From positions 1-56,717 of the forward strand of contig CAITUF010000036.1 of the NCBI GenBank assembly GCA_903895475.1: 56,717 bases of DNA, read 5' to 3'. The position numbers and the translations under genes were made by a program. This document shows, piece after piece, positions 1 to 10,368 of the stretch. Numbering within the stretch: position 1 is the stretch's first letter; each line of letters starts with the position of its first letter. Source of the DNA: an uncultured Opitutia bacterium (lineage in GTDB: Bacteria > Verrucomicrobiota > Verrucomicrobiia > Opitutales > UBA953). Under the pieces are notes generated by a model, which had not been told where the DNA came from, ran no database searches, and saw only the letters and a program-made list of their open reading frames with translations.

Positions 1-578
1 GGCTTATCCTTCTCGAAAAGATACGCGGGGTAAACCATGACCGCAAAGTCCGGACGGGCCGCACCCGCTTCGGTTGGCGAGTAGGCCACACGGGCGGCTA
101 AATTACCGCCTGCGGAGAAACCGAGGATCCCAATCTTTTGGGGATCAGCATTCCATTCAACGGCACGGGCACGAACCAGCTCGATGGCCTTGCGTGCGTC
201 CAACACCGGGACGATCCAAGGCTTATCGTTATCCCGACGGGGCACGCGGTAACGCAGGACGGCGGCACCGACCCCTTGGGCATTAAGGCGACGCGCGACC
301 TCAGCGCCTTCATGCTCTTCGGCCAGGATGCCGTACCCGCCACCGGGGCAGACGATGATGAACGGTGCGTTCGGCTTAGCCGCTGGCCAGACCACGAACT
401 CCGGAATCATCACGTCGGTGCGGTGACCGTTTTTATTAAGAATACCTTTTGGGTCTTGGCCGGGCTTGGCCTTAAGCGTTTCGGCCGGGGGCGCCCCATC
501 CCAGACGGGGACCGGGGTAGAGGGCTCCGCCCACAGGAGCGCGGGGATAAAAAGACCGGCGAGGCGTAGGGTTTTCAT
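1..578 (-). CDS. alpha/beta-hydrolase (esterase/lipase-like), secreted; 3' end runs off the window
   Basis: Manual minus-strand translation from the ATG at 576-578 gives MKTLRLAGLFIPALLWAEP... (signal-peptide-like), then CPGGGY and a GFSAGG nucleophile elbow. It is absent from the ORF track because no stop lies in the window. Its ATG overlaps the TGA of the upstream permease gene (ATGA). Confidence 0.7.
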   Translation of the reverse strand, partial: MKTLRLAGLFIPALLWAEPSTPVPVWDGAPPAETLKAKPGQDPKGILNKNGHRTDVMIPEFVVWPAAKPNAPFIIVCPGGGYGILAEEHEGAEVARRLNAQGVGAAVLRYRVPRRDNDKPWIVPVLDARKAIELVRARAVEWNADPQKIGILGFSAGGNLAARVAYSPTEAGAARPDFAVMVYPAYLFEKDK

Positions 579-1867
579 TCGTGTCGAAGGGCTTCGATGG
601 GGTCGAGACTAGCCGCGCGAATCGCTGGATAGACGCCAGCGATGAGACCCACGACCACCGAGAAGGAAAGGCCTTGGAGCATGATGATCCAATCAAACTT
701 GGAGACCACCCCGGTCGGCACGGCCTGCATCAAGACGTAGTTCATAATCGAGACGATGCCCATCGAGACGACGAGACCGATGAGCCCGCCGAGGACGGAG
801 ATTACCGCCGCTTCGGAAAGGAATTGCAGGAAGAGGTCGGAGCCGCGCGCGCCGACGGCCTTGCGGACGCCTATCTCACGGATGCGCTCATTGATGGAGG
901 CCAACATCACGTTCATGATGCCAATCCCGCCGACGAAGAGCGAGATGCCCGCCACGCCCCCCAGCGAAAGCTTAAAGGCCACCTCTGTCTTACGGAAGTC
1001 CTCAAGCGTCTGCTCATTCGTGGTAAGTGTGAAGTCCCTCAGTCCATTATGCGTCTGCAACAAGGTGCGTTCCACCTGCTCAACCGCGTAGTTGAGGTCA
1101 TCGCCCGTCGCCACCTGGAGGCCGAGTCCGCTGAGTCGGTCATTGCCGTTAAACTTCGACATCGCGGTCGAGATTGGGATGTAGACGCCGCTATTACGCC
1201 AGCGCCACATGCCCCCACTCCCGCGCCCCTTACCAGAGGCCGACCTGATTTCCATCCCCTGGGCTTCGATGTTATTGAGCAGGCCAATGATGATGAAGCG
1301 CTTACCTTTAACACGGATGACTTTACCGAGCGGGTCCACGTTCGGCGGAAAGAGTTCCGCCACAATGGAGGAGCCCAGCACACACACATCCGTCTTATGC
1401 AAGATGTCGAGGTCACTGATGAAGCGCCCTTCGCTGGGATTCACCCAACGCTTCGCGACCGGCAGCCAATCGGGCGTCACGCCGTTAATCATGGTGTTTA
1501 CCTCGCGGCCTTCCCAAACGATTTTCTCGTAGCCGACGCGGGCTTCGGGCGAAACATAACGGACAATTGGGATGGTCGCCTTGATCTGCTCGACGTCGCG
1601 CATGGTCAGGCCTTCGGAAAGTTCGGCGAGGTGCTCCTGTTCCTTCGGCAAGGACTGCTTGTCGACGGTGATCTTCTCGATACCGCCCATAGCATCCACA
1701 AATTGGCGGAAGTTACCGACCATGCCTTGGACGACGGTGACCATCGCCACGAGGGAGGCGACCCCGAGGATGATGCCCGACATGGAGAGCAAGGAGCGGA
1801 CCTTATTGGCCTGGAGTTCGCGCAGGCCATTAATGACCGCAGCGCGGATACGAATGAGGAGTTTCAT
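575..1867 (-). CDS. ABC transporter permease, MacB/FtsX family
   Basis: 430 aa. N-terminal TM helix, large periplasmic domain and C-terminal FtsX-type helices (GIMNVMLASINERIREIGVRKAVGA). Overlaps the upstream ATPase gene. Confidence 0.85.
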   Translation of the reverse strand: MKLLIRIRAAVINGLRELQANKVRSLLSMSGIILGVASLVAMVTVVQGMVGNFRQFVDAMGGIEKITVDKQSLPKEQEHLAELSEGLTMRDVEQIKATIPIVRYVSPEARVGYEKIVWEGREVNTMINGVTPDWLPVAKRWVNPSEGRFISDLDILHKTDVCVLGSSIVAELFPPNVDPLGKVIRVKGKRFIIIGLLNNIEAQGMEIRSASGKGRGSGGMWRWRNSGVYIPISTAMSKFNGNDRLSGLGLQVATGDDLNYAVEQVERTLLQTHNGLRDFTLTTNEQTLEDFRKTEVAFKLSLGGVAGISLFVGGIGIMNVMLASINERIREIGVRKAVGARGSDLFLQFLSEAAVISVLGGLIGLVVSMGIVSIMNYVLMQAVPTGVVSKFDWIIMLQGLSFSVVVGLIAGVYPAIRAASLDPIEALRHE

Positions 1868-2550
1868 TGTAGGCGGTCCTCCTGCACTTTACCGGCCCGC
1901 ATAGAAATGACGCGCTTGGCCTTGGCGGCCACGGAAAGGTCGTGCGTCACCAGCACGACGGTGATGCCTTCGGCTAACAGCGACCCGAGTAGGTCGAGGA
2001 TACGGTCGACGTTCTTGACATCGAGGTTACCCGTAGGCTCGTCGGCGAAAACGATGGCCGGGCGGGCCACGATGGCGCGCGCAATGGCGACACGCTGGCG
2101 TTCGCCGCCCGAGAGCTGGGTCGGCCGGTGCGTGAGGCGATGCGACATCCCCACGCGCTCTAAGGCGATCTTCGCGGCCTCCTCGCGGGCATCCTCGGTG
2201 TAATCCTCGCGGTAAAGGAGCGGCAGGGCGACGTTCTCCAACACACTGAGGCGCGGTAAGAGGTTGAAGGACTGGAAGACGAAGCCGACGCGGTTCGAGC
2301 GGTACCAAGCGCGGCGGTCTGGGCTAAGATTGGAGACTTCCTCACCTTCGAAGAGGATACTGCCCTTCGTCGGCGTGTCCATGAAGCCTAAGATGTGCAT
2401 CAAGGTCGACTTACCGGAACCCGACGGCCCGAGGATGGCAATGTATTCGCCCCGGTCGAAATTGAGGTCGACGCCGTCCAAGGCATGCACGGTCTCGTCC
2501 CCCATGACGTAGGCCTTATGCAGGCCGCGGATGGTCGCCAGAGAACCCAT
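1864..2550 (-). CDS. ABC transporter ATP-binding protein (MacB/LolD-type)
   Basis: Walker A GPSGSGKST, signature LSGGERQRVAIARA, Walker B VFADEPT. Confidence 0.9.
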   Translation of the reverse strand: MGSLATIRGLHKAYVMGDETVHALDGVDLNFDRGEYIAILGPSGSGKSTLMHILGFMDTPTKGSILFEGEEVSNLSPDRRAWYRSNRVGFVFQSFNLLPRLSVLENVALPLLYREDYTEDAREEAAKIALERVGMSHRLTHRPTQLSGGERQRVAIARAIVARPAIVFADEPTGNLDVKNVDRILDLLGSLLAEGITVVLVTHDLSVAAKAKRVISMRAGKVQEDRLQ

Positions 2551-2552
2551 GC

Positions 2553-3665
2553 TCAGCGCTGGACGGTCTGCCGGACGAGGCTGACGGTTTCTCCGACTTG
2601 AACGCCCGACTTTACTTGCGTGTAACCCGCATCACTCAGGCCGAGCTTCACCGCGCGGCGCTCCCACTCGCCCTTCTCTCCCTTCACATAAATAATGCGG
2701 TCCTTACCCTCGACGAAGATTGCCGACACGGGCAGGGAGAGGCAGCCAGCCTCCCGGGCCACGAGCACGGAAAGGTTGGCGCTGATCCCCGGACGGGCGC
2801 CCTCACCAGCGGCGAAGGAAACCTGACACGGAAATACGCGTAGGTCGGGGGTCTTCACATCGGGCGTCCCAAACGGGGCGAGGAAGGTGACTTGACCTTT
2901 CTTGGTCAGGCCGGGAATTGAGTCGAACGTGATGGTCGCTTCGCGGCCAAGGGACAGGCGCGTCGCGGCAAACTCGTTGAGGTTCACATCCACACGGAGG
3001 ACCGAAACGTCGGAGACGCGCAGCAAGAGCGTTCCGCTGTTGATTGACTGCGCACCGATGACCACTTGGCCTTCGACGAGGTTATTCGAGTCCGACACCA
3101 TGCCCTCATGCGGCGCCACGAGGACGGTTTTACGGACATTCTCTTCGGCCTTCTCGAAACGCGATTGGGCGACGTCACATTGTAGTTTCGTCACTTCATA
3201 GGCGGTGCGAGCGTCTTGCAGTTCGCGATCCGAAACAAAACCCTTCTCGCGCAGGGCCTCGGCCCGCTTGAGGTCGCGCGTGGTCTTCTCGAGGTTGAGC
3301 GCTTGGAGTTGAACGTTACGACGGGCTTCGTCTTGGTCGGCCTTCACCAACAAGGGATCAAGCTCGATAAGGATAGCGCCTTTTTTGACGACCTGGCCGT
3401 CCTTGACGTGGATCTTCTGAATCTTGCCGCTCACTTCGGCCTTCACATCGCTGAAGATGACGGGGCGGACATAGCCGGCCGCATCGACGGTTTCCTCGAT
3501 GTCGCGGATGGCCACGATGGATTCGATCGGATTAAGCGGGGCCCCGCCCTTCGCGCCACCGGCGCGGGGACCGCCCTTCTTGGCGTCGTCCGGCCACCAA
3601 TACACGGCAGCCACGGCCACGAGGGCAACGGCGGTGAGAATAATCAGATTCTTCTTAAGGCTCAT
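2553..3665 (-). CDS. efflux periplasmic adaptor protein (HlyD/MacA family)
   Basis: 370 aa. N-terminal TM anchor, lipoyl-like hairpin (GKIQKIHVKDGQVVKKGAILIELD), coiled-coil segment and beta-barrel C-terminus. ATGA overlap with the TolC-like gene. Confidence 0.85.
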   Translation of the reverse strand: MSLKKNLIILTAVALVAVAAVYWWPDDAKKGGPRAGGAKGGAPLNPIESIVAIRDIEETVDAAGYVRPVIFSDVKAEVSGKIQKIHVKDGQVVKKGAILIELDPLLVKADQDEARRNVQLQALNLEKTTRDLKRAEALREKGFVSDRELQDARTAYEVTKLQCDVAQSRFEKAEENVRKTVLVAPHEGMVSDSNNLVEGQVVIGAQSINSGTLLLRVSDVSVLRVDVNLNEFAATRLSLGREATITFDSIPGLTKKGQVTFLAPFGTPDVKTPDLRVFPCQVSFAAGEGARPGISANLSVLVAREAGCLSLPVSAIFVEGKDRIIYVKGEKGEWERRAVKLGLSDAGYTQVKSGVQVGETVSLVRQTVQR

Positions 3666-5236
3666 GGGGTGGCAGGCAAAGGGGGTAAAGGTTCGTCCAG
3701 TGGCAGCCCGGCCCCGACCTTCGCTTCAGCTGTTTCCAGCGAGAAGCCGTGACGCGCGAGCAACGAGCCGTCTAGACGGGCGACGCGGGCGGAGGCAGAG
3801 CGGGCGTCCAGTAAGGACTGTATCCAATTCAGCTGCGAGGCATCCAAGGCTGCCTGCGCCTGCAGGACGCGCAAGATATCGGATTGGCCAGCGGCGTAGC
3901 GGGCCCGTTCGCCTTCATAGGACTGTCGCTGTAAAGCCAATGCCGAGGTAGCGGAATCGACGCGGGCGCGAGCGGCTTCGAGGTCCCGCCAAGTGGCGCG
4001 GGCATTGAAGACCAGATTCTGGCGGACGTCCGCCAAGCGGAATTCAGCCTGCTGGCGAGCCCGCGAGGCGGAACGCAAAGTGGCCGCGGATTCGCGGGAG
4101 CCGAGCGGCAAGCGGTAAGTTAAGCTGATGCTATTACTCCACCCGGAGGAATCGCGGAGGCCATTGTACGCCTGATTCAGCCCGGCGACCGAAGGCCCCA
4201 AGTTAGCACCCGAGAGCGTGAGATCGAGCTGAGGGGCATCGTTCTGCCGAGCGGCCTCTAAGGTCGAGTTGGCTTGGGCCAACGCGGAGAGCTGAATAGC
4301 GGTGTCGAAATCAAAGTTGGCCGCCTGGCGAATCCACTGTGTAAACGGCTCCGGGGCGGCGACCGCGACCGCTGGGATCGCTTCCACGAGAACCGCCTGT
4401 TCGATTTCGGCAGCGTCGCCCCGGCCGAGCGTTCGGCGCAGGCGCATCTCTGCTCCATCGACAGACTGCTGCGCGTTTAAGACGGCGACCTTCTGGTTGG
4501 CCACCTCGGCCGCGGCCTGCAATTCTTCTAAGGCCGTGGCATCGCCGAGCCGACGCTTGGCTTGGACCTGCTCCAATAAGGACTCCGCCGAGCGGAGGCT
4601 AGTTTCGCGCAACGCCACCAACGTGCGCGCTCCGGCGAGACTCCAATAGGCAACTTCCGTGTCGCGGATGAGATCCAGCGCCGAGGCCCGCAGTGCGAGC
4701 CGAGTGCGCGTGGCGCCTTCCTTGGCGGCGATTAATGCGGAGAGGTTTACGGCCCGACCGGCACCGGCCAACAAGGGCTGCGTATAGCTTAGGCTAGTCC
4801 CAAGGTCGAAATTTGACGCCGTCGAGTTGAGGCTACCGCCATCGGCCCATAAGCGCGACATGCCCGTACCCAGAGTCAGCGTGCCGCCCCAACTGAACTT
4901 ACGGGAGAGACTGATGTCCGAACTAAAATCCCGCGCAGAGGGGTTGCCAAGCTGACGATCGAACGACGACTGAGCCCCGCTCAGGCGGTTGCTCCAACCG
5001 AAGACCGGATCAAAGGTGGCCTCCGCCTGCTCCACGAAATCCAAGGAGCGGGCCGTCTCGAGACGGGTAATGACGAGGCCGAGGTTACGGGCCAAAGCTT
5101 GGTCAATGGCGGCCGCTAGGGTGACCGTCTGTGGAACGGCCGTGGCTGCTCGATTCGCCGGAGCCAGCGTGACGCCGCCCTCTGCTCCCAATAAGGAAGC
5201 AGCGACGAGGAAACTCGCGGGGAGAAGGGCGCGCAT
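3662..5236 (-). CDS. TolC-family outer membrane efflux protein
   Basis: 524 aa. Signal peptide, OEP-like start (LTLAAAIDQALARNLGL) and two long helical repeats. First gene of the efflux operon. Confidence 0.8.
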   Translation of the reverse strand: MRALLPASFLVAASLLGAEGGVTLAPANRAATAVPQTVTLAAAIDQALARNLGLVITRLETARSLDFVEQAEATFDPVFGWSNRLSGAQSSFDRQLGNPSARDFSSDISLSRKFSWGGTLTLGTGMSRLWADGGSLNSTASNFDLGTSLSYTQPLLAGAGRAVNLSALIAAKEGATRTRLALRASALDLIRDTEVAYWSLAGARTLVALRETSLRSAESLLEQVQAKRRLGDATALEELQAAAEVANQKVAVLNAQQSVDGAEMRLRRTLGRGDAAEIEQAVLVEAIPAVAVAAPEPFTQWIRQAANFDFDTAIQLSALAQANSTLEAARQNDAPQLDLTLSGANLGPSVAGLNQAYNGLRDSSGWSNSISLTYRLPLGSRESAATLRSASRARQQAEFRLADVRQNLVFNARATWRDLEAARARVDSATSALALQRQSYEGERARYAAGQSDILRVLQAQAALDASQLNWIQSLLDARSASARVARLDGSLLARHGFSLETAEAKVGAGLPLDEPLPPLPATP

Positions 5237-5286
5237 GGAAGGGGTAAGTACCTGTGTAGGTGTAGTTTGTTCCCTCTATAAAGCAA

Positions 5287-5310
5287 GCGACGCACCACTG
5301 GGTGCGTCGC
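5287..5310 (-). terminator. putative intrinsic terminator after the FKBP gene
   Basis: 10-bp perfect stem gcgacgcacc/ggtgcgtcgc with a 4-nt loop. On the minus strand it is followed by TTGCTTTAT. It lies between the fkpA-like stop and the tolC-like start. Confidence 0.5.
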
Positions 5311-5338
5311 GAAACCTCACCAATTAAGGCGTTTTGTC

Positions 5339-6100
5339 TTATTTGACGATTTCAACCAATTCCACCTCGAATTCGAGGACGGAGTTGGGAGGAATCGGGC
5401 CCTGGCCATTCTCGCCGTAAGCGATGTTAGCGGGAGCAACGAGTAGGATCTTGCCGCCCTTACCAATCATAGGGACAGCTTCGGTCCAAGCCGGGATGAC
5501 ACCGTTCAGAGGGAACTCGGCCGGGGCGTTACCACGAGTAGCGGTGGAGTCGAAAACCTTACCATCGACGGTCTTGCCCGTGTAGAGGCACTTGACGGTG
5601 CTCGCAGCGGTGGGCTTAGGGTCGGTGCCGGGGGTGATGATCTTATAGCGGAGACCAGAAGCGGTCTTCTTGAATTCCTTATCGGCGTCAATCTTGGCAA
5701 GGAAAGCCTCATTCTGGGCGCCCCAGCGCTTGGCCTTACCGGCGACGCGTTCGCCGATCATCTTCTCGGCACCAGGGATGATATCCTCGGCCTTGAACTT
5801 CGGTGTCTCGTTCTTGAGGGCGGCGCGCATGCCGTCGAGCAGAGCGGTCACTTCCTCATCGGAAAGATCGAGCTCCGTGGCGATGGACGCCCATTGAGCC
5901 TGACGGACCAGGAAGAATCCCTGGAGGAAGAAGGCCTGTTTCTGTTGTTCGGGGGTGAGGTCTTTCACGATGGGTGCGGGTGGAGGGGTGAGGGCAGGAG
6001 CGGCAGCTGGAGCAGCGGTCGCGATGGCGGGTTTGGCTTCGTCGGCGGCGTGGAGGGACGCGGCGGCGAGGGCCAACGCGGCGAGGGCGGGGAGTTTCAT
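5339..6100 (-). CDS. FKBP-type peptidyl-prolyl cis-trans isomerase (FkpA-like, secreted)
   Basis: Signal peptide, N-terminal dimerisation-type helices, C-terminal FKBP domain (YTGKTVDGKVFDST ... VIPAWTEAVPMIGKGGKILLVAPANIAYGE ... VLEFEVELVEI). Confidence 0.85.
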   Translation of the reverse strand: MKLPALAALALAAASLHAADEAKPAIATAAPAAAPALTPPPAPIVKDLTPEQQKQAFFLQGFFLVRQAQWASIATELDLSDEEVTALLDGMRAALKNETPKFKAEDIIPGAEKMIGERVAGKAKRWGAQNEAFLAKIDADKEFKKTASGLRYKIITPGTDPKPTAASTVKCLYTGKTVDGKVFDSTATRGNAPAEFPLNGVIPAWTEAVPMIGKGGKILLVAPANIAYGENGQGPIPPNSVLEFEVELVEIVK

Positions 6101-6121
6101 GGGGAGGGGTTGGTATCCGAA

Positions 6122-9100
6122 TTATGCCTGTGGGGGAAGCACCTTTGCGTGTTCTTGAAGGGAATTAACGGTCAAGGGGCGTACCTTTAAAGACTTGATG
6201 CCTAGCACAGCGGCCCGGGCGGCATTCATGGTCGAGGCCATGTAGACGCCACGGAGAACGGCTTCGGCGCGCATCGCATTCTCGTCTTTGCGGGGCAACA
6301 TTCCTGCCGCCGTATTCACAATCATCTGGAGTTGGCCGTTCTTCAGGAGGTCGAGCACGTTAGGGCGAGAGCCTTCGGAGATTTTTCCAAGCTTAGTGAC
6401 CTTGACGCCAGCGGCTTCGATGGCCGTGGCGGTACCGCTGGTGGAATAGACGCTAAACCCGAGCGCCGACAGCTCACGGGCTACGTCGACAGCGCCGTCC
6501 TTATCGCGATCTTTAACCGAGAGGAAGACGCTACCCGTGGTGGGTAAAGCGGGCTGCGCGGCCATCTGCGCCTTGGCGTAAGCCATGCCGAGATCGTCGT
6601 CGACGCCCATGACTTCGCCGGTCGAACGCATTTCTGGCGACAGCGCGACGGGCGCACCAGGGAAACGATTGAACGGGAAGACGGATTCCTTGACGGACCA
6701 ATAGGGCGGACGGATTTCCTTGGTGAACTTAAAGTCCTTCAGCTTGGCGCCGAGCATGCAAAGCGAAGCGAGCTTAGCGAGGGGCACCCCAATCGCCTTC
6801 GAAACGAACGGGATGGTGCGCGAGGCGCGCGGGTTGACCTCCAACATGAACACGGTGCTGTCCTTGATGGCGAACTGGATATTCATGAGGCCGATGACCC
6901 GGAGGCGCTTGGCGAGAGCATGCGTGATGCGACGGACTTCGTCGATGATGGCCGGCGAAAGGGTGTGCGGAGGAAGCACCATGCCGGCATCACCGGAGTG
7001 CACGCCCGCGTGTTCGACGTGCTCGAGCATGCCGCCGATGACGGTCGTCTCGCCGTCAGAGATGGCGTCGACATCGAGCTCGATCGCATCTTCGAGGAAC
7101 TTATCGAGTAGGACCGGCTTGCCAGGGGCGACGTCGAAGGCTTCGCGCACGACGGACTTTAGTTCATCCATGCCGTAGACGATGAACATGCCACGGCCAC
7201 CCAAGACGAAGGACGGACGAAGCAGAACCGGGAAGCCAATCTCTTCGGCGGCTTGGTACGCTTCTTCAGCGGAAAGCGCCGTCTTGTTCACCGGCTGGCG
7301 GATATCCAATTCGATGAGGATATCCTTAAAGAGCTGGCGGTCTTCCGCGAGGGCGATGCTGGCGGGCGACGTGCCGACAACGGTGACGCCATTGGCTTCG
7401 AGGTCAGCGGCGAGGTTAAGCGGCGTCTGGCCGCCGAACTGTACAATAGCGCCAATGCACTTTTCCGTGCGGTAGATTTCTAGGATATCCTCGAGCGTCA
7501 GCGGCTCGAAATACAGACGGTCGGAAGTATCATAGTCCGTCGAGACGGTCTCTGGATTGGAGTTCACCATCACGGTTTCGTAGCCCGCCGCGCGGAGCGC
7601 GTAGGAGGCGTGGACGCAGCAATAGTCGAACTCGATCCCTTGGCCGATACGGTTCGGGCCACCACCGAGGATCATGACCTTCTTCTTATCGGAAGGCCGG
7701 ACCTCGGATTCGTCGCCGTAGGTCGAATAGAAATAAGGCGTGAACGATTCGAACTCGGCCGCGCAGGTATCGACGAGGCGGAAGACGGTCTTAATCCCGG
7801 CAGCATTGCGCTGGGCGTAGACTTGGGCCGGGGCGATACCCGTGGCGTGCGCAATTTGGCGATCCGCGAAACCGGCTTCCTTGGCCTGACGAAGCAGGTC
7901 GACGCTGACGGACTTACCAGCCGCTTTGAGCGCAAGCTCGATGTCGACGATACCACGGAGCTGACGGAGGAACCAGGGGTCAATCTTGGACAGGTCGAAA
8001 ATCTCCTTCTCGGTAAGACCAGCGAGCAGCGCATAGCGCAAGAAGAACGGGCGCTCCGGATTCGGGCGAGCGAGGCGGGCGCGAATCTCGGTAAGGTCAG
8101 CGTAGGAATCGTCGCCGTACTTACCTCCGCAACCGAAGCCCCAAGCGCCGATTTCCAGCGAACGGAGGGCCTTTTGGAAGGACTCCTTGAAGGTACGCCC
8201 GATGGCCATCGCTTCGCCGACGGACTTCATAGCGGACGTGAGCGTGGTGTCGGCGCCGACAAACTTCTCGAAGGTGAAACGCGGGATTTTCGTGACGATG
8301 TAGTCGATGGTCGGCTCGAAGCAGGCCGGGGTCGACTTCGTGATATCGTTCTGGAGCTCGTCGAGCGAGTAGCCAACGGCGAGCTTGGCGGCGATCTTAG
8401 CGATCGGGAACCCGGTCGCCTTGGAGGCGAGGGCTGACGAACGCGAGACGCGCGGGTTCATCTCGATGACAATCATGCGGCCGTTAGCCGGATTGACGGA
8501 GAACTGGATGTTCGAGCCACCCGTCTCCACGCCGACGGCGCGGATGACGGCGAAGGAAGCATCGCGCATCAGCTGGTATTCCTTGTCGGTCAGCGTGAGC
8601 GCCGGAGCGACGGTAATGGAGTCGCCCGTGTGGACGCCCATCGGGTCAAAGTTTTCGATCGAGCAGATAATGACGCACTGATCCTTGTGGTCGCGCATCA
8701 CTTCCATCTCGTATTCCTTCCAGCCGAGCAGGCATTCCTCGACGAGGACCTCATGCACCGGCGAAGCGTCGAGGCCGGCTTGGGCCATGCGATCATACTC
8801 TTCGCGGTTATAGGCGATGCCACCGCCCGTGCCACCCAAGGTGTAGGACGGACGGATGATGACGGGGAATTCGCCGCCGATGAGTGCAATCGTCTCGCGG
8901 GCTTCCTCGAGGCTCTTGACCACGCGCGAGCGCGGGACATCGAGGCCGATCTCCAGCATCAGCTTCTTGAACTTCTCACGGTCTTCACCGCGCTCGATGG
9001 CATCTTCTTTCGCACCGATGAGTTCAACGCCATACTTGGCGAGGATGCCCGTGCGGGCGAGTTTGAGGGAAAGATTCAGGGCCGTCTGGCCGCCGAGCGT

Positions 9101-9364
9101 CGGGAGGAGCGCATCGGGCTTTTCCTTGGCGATGATGCGTTCCACGGATTCAACCGTGAGCGGCTCCACATAGGTGACGTCCGCGGTCTCGGGGTCCGTC
9201 ATGATGGTGGCGGGATTCGAATTTACCAGGATCACGCGGTAGCCTTCCTCGCGGAGGGCCTTACACGCTTGGGTGCCGGAATAATCGAACTCACAGGCTT
9301 GGCCGATGATGATCGGACCCGAGCCGATGATGAGGATGGTACGGATATCGGTCCTCTTAGGCAT
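6122..9364 (-). CDS. carB: carbamoyl-phosphate synthase large subunit
   Basis: Two ATP-grasp halves plus the MGS-like C-terminus. The canonical N-terminus [30 protein letters not shown] starts at the internal ATG at 9362-9364. The 51-codon upstream extension of the track ORF has no homology-like features. Confidence 0.95.
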   Translation of the reverse strand: MPKRTDIRTILIIGSGPIIIGQACEFDYSGTQACKALREEGYRVILVNSNPATIMTDPETADVTYVEPLTVESVERIIAKEKPDALLPTLGGQTALNLSLKLARTGILAKYGVELIGAKEDAIERGEDREKFKKLMLEIGLDVPRSRVVKSLEEARETIALIGGEFPVIIRPSYTLGGTGGGIAYNREEYDRMAQAGLDASPVHEVLVEECLLGWKEYEMEVMRDHKDQCVIICSIENFDPMGVHTGDSITVAPALTLTDKEYQLMRDASFAVIRAVGVETGGSNIQFSVNPANGRMIVIEMNPRVSRSSALASKATGFPIAKIAAKLAVGYSLDELQNDITKSTPACFEPTIDYIVTKIPRFTFEKFVGADTTLTSAMKSVGEAMAIGRTFKESFQKALRSLEIGAWGFGCGGKYGDDSYADLTEIRARLARPNPERPFFLRYALLAGLTEKEIFDLSKIDPWFLRQLRGIVDIELALKAAGKSVSVDLLRQAKEAGFADRQIAHATGIAPAQVYAQRNAAGIKTVFRLVDTCAAEFESFTPYFYSTYGDESEVRPSDKKKVMILGGGPNRIGQGIEFDYCCVHASYALRAAGYETVMVNSNPETVSTDYDTSDRLYFEPLTLEDILEIYRTEKCIGAIVQFGGQTPLNLAADLEANGVTVVGTSPASIALAEDRQLFKDILIELDIRQPVNKTALSAEEAYQAAEEIGFPVLLRPSFVLGGRGMFIVYGMDELKSVVREAFDVAPGKPVLLDKFLEDAIELDVDAISDGETTVIGGMLEHVEHAGVHSGDAGMVLPPHTLSPAIIDEVRRITHALAKRLRVIGLMNIQFAIKDSTVFMLEVNPRASRTIPFVSKAIGVPLAKLASLCMLGAKLKDFKFTKEIRPPYWSVKESVFPFNRFPGAPVALSPEMRSTGEVMGVDDDLGMAYAKAQMAAQPALPTTGSVFLSVKDRDKDGAVDVARELSALGFSVYSTSGTATAIEAAGVKVTKLGKISEGSRPNVLDLLKNGQLQMIVNTAAGMLPRKDENAMRAEAVLRGVYMASTMNAARAAVLGIKSLKVRPLTVNSLQEHAKVLPPQA

Positions 9365-9472
9365 AGTGTTCCGCGGACTGTCAGCGACCCTTGGAAGGGT
9401 GGTCAAGAGGGGACTGCACACATTTGCGGGAAGGCGCTTGCAGGGACGGACGGAGACGGCATTCATCGGGGC

Positions 9473-9835
9473 GTGGACATCATTAGGATCAGCGGAATTC
9501 GGTCGTTCGGCCATCACGGCGCCCTCCCCGAGGAGAAGCGGCTCGGCCAGCGTTTCACGGTTTCCGTCGACCTGGAAGTAGACACCCGCCCCGCGGCCGC
9601 AGCGGACGACCTCAAGCTGACCGTAGATTACGCGGACGTTATCCGCACGGTCGAAGGCCAGTTGACCGGCAAGCCGGTCTACCTAATCGAGACCCTCGCC
9701 CAACAAATCGCCGCCCGCATCCTCGGGTCTTTCCCTGTGGTCAAAGCGGTGACGGTCGAGGTCAACAAGCCGTTCGCCCCAGTAGCTGCGGATTTTGAGG
9801 CTATTTCAGTTAAAATTCGCCGGGAACGGGTGTGA
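9473..9835 (+). CDS. folB: dihydroneopterin aldolase
   Basis: The C-terminal 120 codons of the 8630..9835 ORF read (V)[35 protein letters not shown]..., which is FolB-like. GTG start at 9473 is in frame. The upstream part of the ORF is antisense to carB. GTGA overlap with folK. Confidence 0.75.
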   Translation: MDIIRISGIRSFGHHGALPEEKRLGQRFTVSVDLEVDTRPAAAADDLKLTVDYADVIRTVEGQLTGKPVYLIETLAQQIAARILGSFPVVKAVTVEVNKPFAPVAADFEAISVKIRRERV

Positions 9836-10368
9836 AAGCAGGCCAGCGCCAATACCTACTTGGGCTCGGCAGCAACCTGGGAGACAGGGCTAATTATATA
9901 GAGCAAGCGGTGCTGGCCTTGGGCGCCCTGCCGGAAACTCAAATCTTGGCTATTTCTGAGGCCTTTGATTCTGATCCGGTAGGCTTTAAGGCGCAGGATA
10001 ATTTTTTAAATATCTGTCTAGCAGTAACTTGTGACTTTAATCCCGAGGAATTGCTGGCCGCCTGTCTCTCCATTGAGACGAAACTAGGCCGTGTTCGGAC
10101 GATCAAAGATGGGCCCCGCACGATCGATATCGATGTGCTTTTGTATGAAGGAGGGGTGGTCGAGCTCCCCAACCTCACCCTACCCCACCCCCGCTGGTCG
10201 GAGCGCGGGTTTGTCGTTTTCCCCCTGAGGCATCTGCTTCAAGACCCCGCCCTCGCTAAGGACGCCAGGTGGGATTGGCTTCGAGCTAAGGTCGCCTCCT
10301 TGCCTGTCGATGGGTCTGGCCTGCGCCCATGGCAAGGACCGACCCCCTGGATCAAAACCACCCGCTGA
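9832..10368 (+). CDS. folK: 2-amino-4-hydroxy-6-hydroxymethyldihydropteridine pyrophosphokinase (HPPK)
   Basis: YLLGLGSNLGDR, RTIDIDVLLY, LTLPHPRWSERGFVVFPL motifs. GTG start overlaps the folB stop. Confidence 0.85.
   Translation: MKAGQRQYLLGLGSNLGDRANYIEQAVLALGALPETQILAISEAFDSDPVGFKAQDNFLNICLAVTCDFNPEELLAACLSIETKLGRVRTIKDGPRTIDIDVLLYEGGVVELPNLTLPHPRWSERGFVVFPLRHLLQDPALAKDARWDWLRAKVASLPVDGSGLRPWQGPTPWIKTTR

Noticed and set aside
581-2203. 540-aa plus-strand ORF spanning the efflux genes
   Set aside because: It is antisense to two well-supported ABC genes. Its composition (Asp/His/Gly/Arg-rich, no motifs) is typical of shadow ORFs in GC-rich DNA.
8630-9472. N-terminal 281 codons of the 401-aa ORF that ends as folB
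   Set aside because: This part is antisense to carB and has junk-like composition. Only the last 120 codons are FolB-like, and an in-frame GTG at 9473 gives a normal-length FolB.
9365-9517. 51-codon upstream extension of carB
   Set aside because: The canonical CarB N-terminus (MPKRTDI...) begins at the internal ATG at 9364. The extension has no conserved features and would remove the divergent promoter region shared with folB.
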